A DNA stretch of 64,000 bases, taken from Bugula neritina. Lineage: Eukaryota > Animalia > Bryozoa. Both the position numbers and the translations under genes were made by a program. The stretch covers positions 5,364,741 through 5,428,740 of the forward strand of contig OZ037768.1 of the NCBI GenBank assembly GCA_964035545.1. Direction: 5' to 3'. This document shows, piece after piece, positions 10,802 to 22,297 of the stretch; position 1 is the stretch's first letter; every line of letters starts with the position of its first letter. The notes beneath the pieces are model-generated. The model made no database searches, had not been told where the DNA came from, and saw only the letters and a list, made by a program, of their open reading frames with translations.

Positions 10802-13800
10802 TTAGCATAGGTCATGCCATTGAATGTGATCTTCCCCTGGTTTATCTATCATCAGCCGCCAATGTTCCAACTCCCTCCCCGCTGCCAGCATCACACCTCC
10901 AACTACAGTTCTGCCATAGTTACCTGGAATAAAAAGATGGGAGTAAAATCACTTTCCACTTGAAGAATTTGTTCACCTTTGTCTATCACTTGTATGAATG
11001 TGAAGTTACTAGTACCCAATGGTGTAAAATTCATGACAAAATTTGCAACACGACAGTGCTTTAGCAAATCAAAATTTTCCTGTCGATGCATCCATCTAGA
11101 GTTGATCAGGTTTTTAAATTTATATTATCTACTACTTGTATCTTACATCAGTGTTTCACTAATAACTTATTCACATTCATAGATGCCAAGTGTCACAAAT
11201 ACTTATATTTGATACTTATTTACATAAAATTTCCTGTGTGTTGCATTACACATAATAAACCAATACAACAATCTAAACCGTATTGACTGAAATTGAATTC
11301 TTATAGAGAAAATTCCAACTGTTGACACAATAAGTGTTTATATAAAGTTGCTATCGTATAACTGTTGGTTGGAATTATTCATGCTTTTCTGGAGAAGTCA
11401 ACATTTTACACAATTTAACATGAGCTTTAAGAGTTGAAAGCATTTGAAAAATTATATCAGCTATTTGAAAAGTACCTGGTGTTTTATCTGTCATTGGTCG
11501 GACTGTCTTTATTTGTATAGATATACTTGTTTCGGGTAGCTTATCTTCAACCACTGAAAACTTAAATATCTCATTAAAATCTATCTCACTGCACACAAGC
11601 CTAACCACATGACCCCTCTTCTTTTTTTCTCTCTTATTTTCGATCATCATTTCCAATTTAAGGACCACATCTATAAAGAAAATAATGTTATATAATCAGA
11701 GAACATTATTTGCTACCAGCTTCAAAAGTGTGATATAAGAATATATTTTTATGTTGTAACTAGTACCACTTTACCGCTGATTTGCTCGTGCATGAGTTGA
11801 ATGCATTTGTAAACTGTGACAAACAGCCGTGGCTTCACCCCTGTTTTATCTAACTTTAGTGACAGCAATATCTTCCCTTTGTGGAACCTCACAACTTGCA
11901 TTTCCTAAAATATTGCAGCAACTAACTTCATACCCTAGTAATCTGAATTTTTTGCTTAACCTTCTACAAAAATAAGATTTTGATTTTCTAATAAATTACG
12001 TTTTGAATGTAACCCATATATAGCTTGTTTTACCCACATGTTGCCTATTTTTTATTGTCAAAGCAGTATGATTACCACCCAGCCACTACCTGAATAGTTG
12101 TTTTTCGAGATACGAAATCAACGAAGCATTTCTGCTTTTTGTCTGTTTTTATACACTCTTGGAGCACCGTCTCATCGACTTGTATCATGGCGTGTCCAGT
12201 GATCTCCAGTCTTTTAGATGACTGTGTTGATTGGTAGAGTGTGAAGTAAACACTGGTTCGTTTTTCCGTTACTGATGTAGCTGCTAACTGAAAGAGTCGA
12301 GGGTACTTAGCTAGATCACTAGTTTATTGCCAGAAGTAATGAATGCTATGATTATTTTGTCTGCTTTGAATATGTGTTGACCAGTACATTCAAGTTTCAA
12401 CTTCAAATATCACAGAATAAGAAAGCTAAATAAGCTGGAACACCTGTGAATTTCTCACACATGAAAATTAATGTTTTATTGCTACCAAGTTTTATTGAGG
12501 ATCTTGAGGATCATAAAATAGACTATTTTGTTTTCATGCTACCTCACTAGAAATTGCAACATTGTAAATGCTGTATGAACAGCATAAAAGGAACAGCTTT
12601 TACATACAGCATAGAAGTTAACACTTTGAAGAAACTTACTGGAAATTTAAATATCTCTTCGAAGATTGGATCCGCTTGTTCCTCCTTTCTGCTTGTTTGA
12701 CGATATCTTTTCTCTCCAGGAAGAAGAGTAACCCTGTTGAATTAATTGCATCGTATCATTACATATCTAGCATTTCACTTGTTGACCTTTTGTCAGTCGA
12801 TTTGCTAGTCTAATGTTGTAACGTGTATTTTTCAAATTGTAAAACATCAGACAACTCATGACACGTGCCTATAGATAAGCCACATGTCCACCTTCTATTT
12901 TGATATTGTACACATTTATTAAACTCATATACTACTCATAGCGCAACATTAAAATTCTGCAGCATGTCTCTTTCGTTGATAAAGGATTATAATAACTATT
13001 TTCTACAAGTCTCTTGTCAGACAACACTTCATTTCGTGACCAAATTTTAGGGTAAAGATGACACAAGATGGGGGAATGTGCTTTAGTGGTTTGAGGACTT
13101 TGCCAAACTCACCTGATGGCACAGTCGTAGAAATTATCATCTCTTTTCTTTGGTAAATTTTTTGCTTTAATGATTGTGACATTGAGCTGTTCTTCTGTTT
13201 TGTCGTAATGTATAGTGTACCAAAGTCTGCCTAGATGGTTTTGTGGGTATGTTGTTGCGTCATCACTGTCATAGCCTGCGTACATCGTGACATCTAGTTG
13301 CCCAAGCTCTGGAAAAATTAGACTAATTTTACTAAACTACATAATATAGTATTGCATACCAATAGCTGCCTAAAAATTATTTCATGCTGACAGCTGTTAT
13401 TTACCATCACTATTCAAATGATTTGACTATTCATGACTTTTCAGGTCAACATCCTATCAATTTCCTTTCAAATAAAAAGTTTCTGATCCAATAACTAATC
13501 AGCACTTCTGTTTCCCAAGTCATTTACTACTTGTTAGCTTGTTAAGTTTTATAAACTTTAGCTAATTAATAACAAACGTTACTGTTCGAGTATTCAACGA
13601 AGTGTTGAAGATTTCATCTAATCCAATATTTTTGCATTGATATAAGGCTTGAGACTTATTGATTTTAACCATCTTAGTGGTTTGCATGCGCTGTCAAATT
13701 ATATTCTAAGACATTGAAAGAAAATGTTCAAAAAGATATTGAAATATCATTAAATTTATACAACACATTCGCTGGGTATATTCTCACTGTATTCTAGAAT

Positions 13801-14476
13801 GTATTTTCCTCAGCACACATTGTTATACTCAGTAAATCAGAAACTTTCTGTTGATACAAAATGTGTAGGTGGCTGGAGACATCAAGTTTAACTACACATA
13901 CACAGTCCGAGTAATTATATTATAATTAATTGATCTCTGTTAGTAAAGCTTAACTCATTGAAGTAAAAAGCCTTGATTTATTTCATTAAAGTGCAGTCTA
14001 ACAGGTATTGATTGCTGCCTTCAGAGGTCATGTTTACCTGCTTTAAGGTGCTCTTCTTTAAGCGCTGACACCACCTTTTCATATTCTTCGCTCTCATCAC
14101 TACATTTGAGTATCGGTGTTAGCTTCCGCTTCGGTATGGTGAACGGCACTTCTTTACTACTACTAATTCAAAAGTTAATAGATGTTATTATTACATATGA
14201 TCATGAAGTTTTCTATTGCAAGAATATAGTTCATCTTTCAATGGCAACTGATTACTGGATCTATATTTTGTGTGAATAACTTATCTGAAACCTTTTAGGA
14301 ACCTCTTACCTTCCTTTGCAGCTCAGCGTAGTTTTCTGTCCATTGACATTCTCTGTACTAAGCTTAATTGGTAGAGTTTCCCGTTGCTCTATAAAAAGTT
14401 TTTCCTCTTCTGGCTCTTGCTTATTGTGGCAGCAGCAGCAGCAGTTGTACAGCTTAGTCTGCACATGCTGCAACAT
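10802..14476 (-). CDS. SYT15: Synaptotagmin-15-like tandem C2-domain protein, about 408 aa, 8 coding exons (an additional 5' exon is possible)
   Basis: Minus-strand exons 14476-14310, 14162-14038, 13308-13113, 12733-12640, 12287-12090, 11904-11775, 11670-11476, 10923-10802 (1227 nt, all GT-AG, phases consistent). Translation includes VPFTIP, YPQNHLGRLWYTIHYDKTEEQLNVTIIKAKNLP, VTLLPGEKRYRQTSRKEEQADPIFEEIFKF (C2A), FNEIFKF and GRTVVGGVMLAAGRELEHWRLMIDKPGEDHIQWHDLC* (C2B end with WHxL). The LGRLW and GRELEHW motifs are ones I recognise from the SYT15 subfamily; orthology was not tested. Confidence 0.88.
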
Positions 14477-17438
14477 CCTCACTGTGCATCATCAAATGAT
14501 AGACTAATTGCATAATATAATGGTGACGCTGTATAATTTATACCATTATAATTGTTGTTGGACTCTTTCGATGCACAACGCTACACTGTGTTTAATGTAC
14601 ACCAAGTGTTGTTTCACCCTAATAATATATTATAGCAATGTACAATATAATATTAGCGCGTGTAGCACTGATATATATTTCCACCATGGAATGCCAGCTT
14701 TGATTCAAATCAATAGCTAATAGATGCATGAACTCGCTCTTTTACTATACTCATGCAGTTCTAAAACTATTTTTTATGAAATTTTTTATCATCTTTTATA
14801 GTAACTGAGTCTATATGTATGTTGGTTTTCCGAGTTCAAATCAGTCAAGTTGAAATGCAATTGGTTTCTTTTTTGATGAGTAATTATTTAGCGAAAGAGA
14901 ATCGAATAGCCTATGTTCAATAAACTAGTTGTGTATTTTGAACATTGCATTCTACTTTAAAATATTTTATAATGTTTTGTAAAAGCTTGATATGCATAGA
15001 AAATGACACAATCAGAAATACCATATTGTATGTAACATTGTTATTTAGACTAGAAAGTTTATTACAGTCGAAATTTTATGACCACCATATACCAGTGACA
15101 GTATTTATTAGTCTGAGTAATTTTGTTTCTAATAAGTTTTTTTTGGTATAATTTTCAACAATTTTAAAGAACTCTAGAAGAAAGCTCTTATATAATACAG
15201 CTTTGGCACCTATTTGAAGCAACACGACTTTAATGCACTCTCCCCTCCCCCACCTTCTTTTATATTCATGAACATGGTATTAGCTGAGCATTGGAAACTG
15301 ATTCAACCTGCATACCTGCTATAGTAAAAGAACATTAGTTACTTACATTCTGAAGAAATGCCAGACCTAATCCTTGGTTAAAAAGTGTCCTTAACTCTTT
15401 CAGCTCAGCTGTGTGTCATAAACTATAGCATCAATCCTTTTTCTTTCCTTCAAATCCTCATAGGAATTCAAGCTAAGCTTTTTCACTACACCTTCCTGTA
15501 TATTATGTATAAATTACTCAATAAAGTGGCATTTGTTGATCAATCGACTGTTTAAACATCTATAATATATCAGAATAGATACTGTTTGCACCTATATAAT
15601 ATTCTAATTATACCAGTAGCCTACCTATGTTTATATGTTTATAAAAACTAGTGTCTACCAATCAATTTGTCAAGATGGAGAAAATATCCATTACTGACGA
15701 GAGTTGTGCAGCGTGTGCCCTCTACTGCAGGCTGTAACCGAGGTGCAGTCTATCTAATTATAATCTCCCATCAAAATAATTGAAGTGCATTGGTTGCTGT
15801 TTCAACCTATGATGTAGTAAATACTCTGCTCCTACTTCACGACACTTCACCGCCAGCAATATTGATAGACATAAAACTCTACTTATGTAAATTAGCCTTG
15901 ATTCTTAAGTTTGAATATGTAAAACCTGTATTTTTCTAAACAGAAAAACTTGTACAAACCAATATATAGGTTTGTACAAGTTTGTACAATTATACATGTA
16001 TAATTAAATATCAGGCTTGCATGTATGTGGTATTGGTGAGTTATGTGATTTTAAACATTTTTCCAACTTATTTTTCTCGTTTAAAGTCACAAAAGATATG
16101 GTATTAAGCAATGAATAAATTAAAATTATATATTTCATAATTGTATAATCATAATAATATACACAACATAGGTATGTTTGCATGTAGCATACTATGACAG
16201 TTGGCTGGCTTACTTGAATGAAACACCAGAATTTAAGAAGTAACTTCATAACATACATTTAAACATAATATTTCAACCTAGGTAAAATGGGAAAGTAACT
16301 CTAAAATATATTATTGAAATATTTTGCATGTGTTATGCTATAGTGGTACTCATGCAGACACAGTTGCACCTTTTATGCATGTGTATAATTTGAAAAGCAA
16401 AGTACTAAACTTCTGCTAGTGTTATTTATTTTACTTTATAGACAGAATATGCATTGTACTGAAAATATTTTTATGATTGAAAGGAAGACAACTCTTTAAT
16501 AATAAAAATGCAACTTTTATGTTTATTCTAGAAAATGTGAAAATAACGACATGATGAACATTTTTCATTCTGCTCAGTTTATACTAAATTATGCGATGAC
16601 TTTGCACCAGGCAGTGTCTGCATGGCACACCAAAATATCAAAGTTCACTGAATAAATTAACGTCAGCTTATTGTATTTTAAAAACATTGTCGATAAGGTT
16701 GAAACAATTTCCTATTGTCATGTTTGTACCATGCACAAGTTGGTTTATCAGCTCTATCTTAATGTTTATTATCATTTTGCTGTCAGGCTTGCCAATTTCC
16801 TTCTGTATCTAATCAGCATGATTGTGCAACTAAAGTTACCTGCCTAGAAGCGCATCTTTACACTTGATGAACAACAAAACTTGAAGAGTACACTGCTGAT
16901 ACACTTGTTTGTTTCATGAAACCGACTTACAAATATTAACTGTGTTCAAAAATTTGCAATTGTTATTATTATTTTTTGTTTTCAAAACCCATGTTCAAAC
17001 TTGTATCCAATATTACTGCAGCTTGATTTTTTACCAGCTAATGTTCTTTTACTTTACTTTTATTCTTCATAGTTATTTCCTGATGTTTATGCCACTAAAT
17101 TAAAAATCATTGAATTAAAACTTGGAGTTACATTTCAATGGGTTATAGTATGTTATTAACTTTATTTAATGGAAATGGAAGTGGAAGCCTTTCTGAAACA
17201 GAGGGGGGTGGTTGTTAGAATTGCGTAAGAGCCCAATTTCTTATCTTGCCTTTTCTCTATCACGTACAAGCTAAATGGCTAAGATGCTCTTATCTCATCA
17301 TTATATCAACTGTACTAGAATTCTCCTACCACTGCAGCTGTCATTTACAGCCTAATATTGAGGCTAAACGCACACAATTTTATGCCTCTGTATATTTATT
17401 GTAATAAACACCGGCATACAAATTGTGCTATTAGGAAT

Positions 17439-20400
17439 ATGTTAAAACTGATTCTGCCCCTGCTGTTGCTAGCGGGTAAGTTACCAACATTTTAACAAAA
17501 TTTTCAGAAATTTAAAAATAAGAATTGTCAAAAGTGTAAAATTCATTTGTCATTTAAGAGTTATATCATAGCCTAAATTTCATATTATTTTTATTATGAA
17601 TATTCTTTTATTATTATTGTACCATATCATAGCATACAATCTTAGGTTGAATGTCAAACCTGGTAACTTTTTATATCAAATGATGTTTACTAAATTACTT
17701 CAGAAGAAACTATAATTAGAACAATTTATAATTTATAATAATGTATTAATAAATTGAATTTTTAATTGATAGCTGTTGTACAATATTAGGGTTCCTAATT
17801 AATAAAGCTCCAATTAATGTTATTAATTAATATTGTGATTGGTAGAATGCTATATAAAGCAAACACCAACACCAGGTTTTCATACGTTTTATGGATGACA
17901 TGTAAAATTTTTTAGAGTAACATGTCGGTTATTTAGTATTACTAGATTTTTATTGAAAATATTTAATGAAAAAGTTTCATACACAATTTATCACATTATG
18001 TTTCTTTATCAAAAATTAATATATTATTTTTACAAAACTTAGTTGAAAAATGTTTTCAAATAATGTTTTATATTATCGATTCAGTTGAACAGATTTAAGA
18101 AGAACTAATTCAATGTTTTCACAGGGAGCAATAATTGCCAAGTAATTAAAAGTCAGTGTGATTTTGAGACGGATTTCTGTTCGTGGCAAAACATCAAAGG
18201 AACGGATCAATTTGATTGGACGAGACAGAATGCTGCCACTCCTACTGGACAGACTGGGCCGGTAGCTGACCACACTAAGGGTGACAGTAGTAAGTTTCAA
18301 CAGTTTGCTAGTATATCGGACTAAATAAATACAGTAATGTGCACGACTAGAATGTGTATTCACAACGTATAATTAGGCATATATGTTGGTAGTCCACATC
18401 GCATAATAATAGTAATAAGTCTTTACACAAACCATAATATGCCTGTAAGTATCTATAGTGTTAAGCATGCTTCAACACATTTCTTTACAGTCAACCTAGT
18501 AATATATATTCCTTACAGTATTCACTAAAATATTTCTCTAAATTTTGTCATGCATTGATGATTTGCTCAATTTCTTATTAAAGTTCATTTTTTAAGAATC
18601 GTGTAAATGTGTTATGAAACACAACTCTTTATCGAGCAAGATGTGTTGTTATCTTATGAGTGGCGTTGATAAAACCAAGGTTAGCGGCACAGCATCTTTC
18701 TTGGTTGATAAGACAGATAGTTAGTGTGGTACGGCTTGAGTCTGATTGTTTGTTCAACTGATAAAGAAGCGAAATCGCTATCATGTTTATAAGTATGAAG
18801 GTGAAACGCCCCCCAAACACAGACTCCAACCCACCAACATCACCAAACCTTTTCATGGCGATTGGCATAAGTAGTATCTCGAGTAATTAACCGATAAGTT
18901 TTTGAGTTTGTTTAAAAAAATCCGTTATTCTTATAGATGTGGCAGTGTAGTTTTAAACTCATCATTCAGTTTTGTTTGTTGTTTGCATGGCAATGAAGAT
19001 TTACAAGGCATGCAGTAGTTAAAAAAATTATATAACTATAAAAATATAAATAACTATGGGCTAATGTTTTGTATAATGATGACAGCATTGTTAGCCAAGT
19101 GATAAAATCAAAATTAAATAGGCAATAACATGTTGCTGACTGCCAAATACAATTTAATTGCAAAATAATTTATAAAGAAAATCTTAAGACAGAAGTTATT
19201 TTAACAAAGGTGGTCACTTGAATACTTAATCTAATGTTGTTATGGGCTGTCCACTCATTTTTTAAAACTGCATTGTACACTGTTAACTGCAAAATACATT
19301 AAAACTACGTTGTACAATGCAAACTGTAGCATACATTGTAAGCTGTGAATTGCAATGTACATTTTATATATCTTTTCATTTTTTACTAGTATAACAAAAA
19401 GAGTGGCAATTTTGTTTAACTCTATAGTTTTAGTCAAAGTAGAGCATAATGTTGTTAAAGTTAGAGTTATAATACTAATTTCAAATACTGACTTGCATGT
19501 GTTAAAAAGTAATATATTTTGATTAGGTGGGAGTTATGTGTTCTTTGAGACTACAGTGGGCAAAGCGGGAGACAAAGCTCAGCTAGGCAGTCTTCCCCTT
19601 TCCATCACCAGCTATAAGAGCTGCTTCAGTTTCTACTATGCTATGTATGGCGCTGATGTTGGCAAAGTACGTACTCTTCTGTGAACATTTTCACTTTTAA
19701 TAAAGGCCCTAGCCTAATCAATATCTCTGTTAATATATAATATTAGCCATTGAGCTCTCTCATCAGACATTTTGTTGGAGATATCATGTTTTGGTCCTGC
19801 TTTTATTCGATTGAAGTAAATATAATCATAGTAAACATATACCAATTGATTTCCAGAGTTTTTAATTTTAAATTTTAAATTCCACAAAATTATTTGTTTA
19901 GATTTTGAACATTTAAAACATGAGAAAGGTTTTGATTTTATTCAACATAATCAATCACCTTATATTCTCAAAAATAACTTAAGTTTTTATTTTTTAAAGT
20001 ATGTTTATGGGTTTTTTAATGCATTTTCTCAACCAAGAATCAATATATTTAATTGTTTGTTTTGGGCTTAAAGTAGTGTAATTCATTATGATTGTGACTA
20101 TCTGCAGTAGTTGTACATGAAATCAAACTAAGAAATTATCCATTCTTTGACTATTTAGCTAGTTTTGTGCACATTTAATGTATTATATGTTACTACTGCT
20201 ATTTTAGTTTAACGTCTATCTTAAAGACACTGTCACCAATAAGTTGACCAATATCTTTACTCGATCTGGAAACCAAGGTCAGAAATGGTTAGCTGCCAAT
20301 GTCAACCTCAACTCCTACAAGAATTCTCAACAGGTGATGCTGACGCTGGTTTATGTATATGTTTTACAGCATGTTCATTTGTATAGTGCCTTATTATAGT

Positions 20401-22159
20401 GTATGCTGTAGATACAACACTATTGCAGTTCACATTCTATTGTCTAGTAAATAAAAAGAATATTTAGTTTAACTTTGCTTCTTACAACCAATTGTGTCTG
20501 GTACAGATGGGTAAAATATGTATATTTAAAATATAGACGATATAGAATTCTATGCTATTATTATTGCATTCGCCCATCTCAATTAAGCATATATCTATAT
20601 GCAACTGCATGGGAAAATAGTAGTTTTGCTGCTTTTAAGCTAGCTTTTAAAGCTTTTTATTTAGTTTTGTTCTATTTTGTAATTTAGTAATAAAACAAGT
20701 TTTGCAAAGCTTATTTCGGTTGCTTATAATGAGATATTGTCAGCTAGCAATCTGTTGTATAATGTACTACGCGCAACTTACACATTTTTAAATTTACAGA
20801 TAATATTGGAGGGTGTTAGAGGTAGTGGTACAAAAGGAGATATTGCTGTTGATGACATAAAACTCTACACAGGAGCTTGTAAACCAGACAGTGGAGGTTG
20901 TATTAAAATATGTTATTATTATGCTGCATTATTGTAAATACTGTATAAACGAATATATTATATTTATATATTTCTTAAAGACTCCTTGAGACACTTCACT
21001 TATGGAGTATTAAAACATTCTTATATATATTAGTTTTCATCTACATACTGTTTGAAGGTTGTACGCCTAAACAATAATGTAAATACTGTATAAACAAATA
21101 TATTATATTCATATATTTCTTAAAGACTCCTTGAGACACTTCACTTATGGAGTATTAAAACATTCTTATATATATTAGTTTTCATCTACATACTGTTTGA
21201 AGGTTGTACGCCTAAACAATAATGTTTTATAATGAATTTTGTGCAAGTATGTGGCTGAACTGATTTGGGATATCTGATGGATTGCAGATGATTCTCTTTC
21301 TCTCTCTCAAATGACTCTCTTTCTCTCTCAGATGACGTTTCCGGTAGGCTTTGACTTCGCAGCTACTATAAAACTTATACTAATTATAACTAACTTTTAT
21401 TGCATGTTAATTGCAGTTGTTGCAACGCACAGCCTAATCACTGATGTGGCTCGGAATTTCAAAGTTTAAACTTTCAAGCCACATCAGTGATTAGGCTGTG
21501 CGTTACAACAACTGCAAATAACATGCAATAAAAGTTAGTTATAATTAGTGTAAGTTTTATAGTAGCTGCAAAGGCAAAGCCGACCAGAAATGTCATCTGA
21601 GAGAGAGATAGAGAGTCATCTGCAATCGATCAGAAATCCTAAAACAGTTCAGCATATACTTGCACAAAGTTCATAAAACATTATTGTTTAGGCGTACAAC
21701 CTTCAAACATTATGTAGATGAAAACTAATATATATATAAGAATGTTTTAATACTCCATAGGTGAAGTGTCTCATTCTGTGACGGTGTGTGTGTGCTCGCT
21801 GTGCATCATAAAAGGAAGGCTTTATAAATTGCCATGTTCACATTTGAGTAAAATCTACTGATTTTGTAAAAGCTCTATTAATTTGATTTTGTAAAGTTTT
21901 TACAAGACATTTTACTAATGAATAAAACTTTTTGCATAGTTGTAACAGCTACAGCTCCTCCTGGACAAACTACACCCGCCCCTGTGTTTACTCAGTGTGA
22001 CTTCGAAAGTGGAACTATTTGTGGGTGGAGCCAAGCTAAAGACGATCAATTTGATTGGACAGTTCATCAGAAGGGTACTGGGACAACTCAAACTGGACCA
22101 TCGTATGACCACACGACTGGGTCTTCTAATGGTATGATGCAATCTTGCTCAATACTATT

Positions 22160-22192
<33 letters not shown>

Positions 22193-22199
22193 ATATATA

Positions 22200-22297
<98 letters not shown>

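Noticed and set aside
15290-15430. Upstream TM-encoding exon for the SYT15-like gene
   Set aside because: A minus-strand donor exists near 15345, but I saw no hydrophobic open frame in the required phase; at most a 5' UTR exon.
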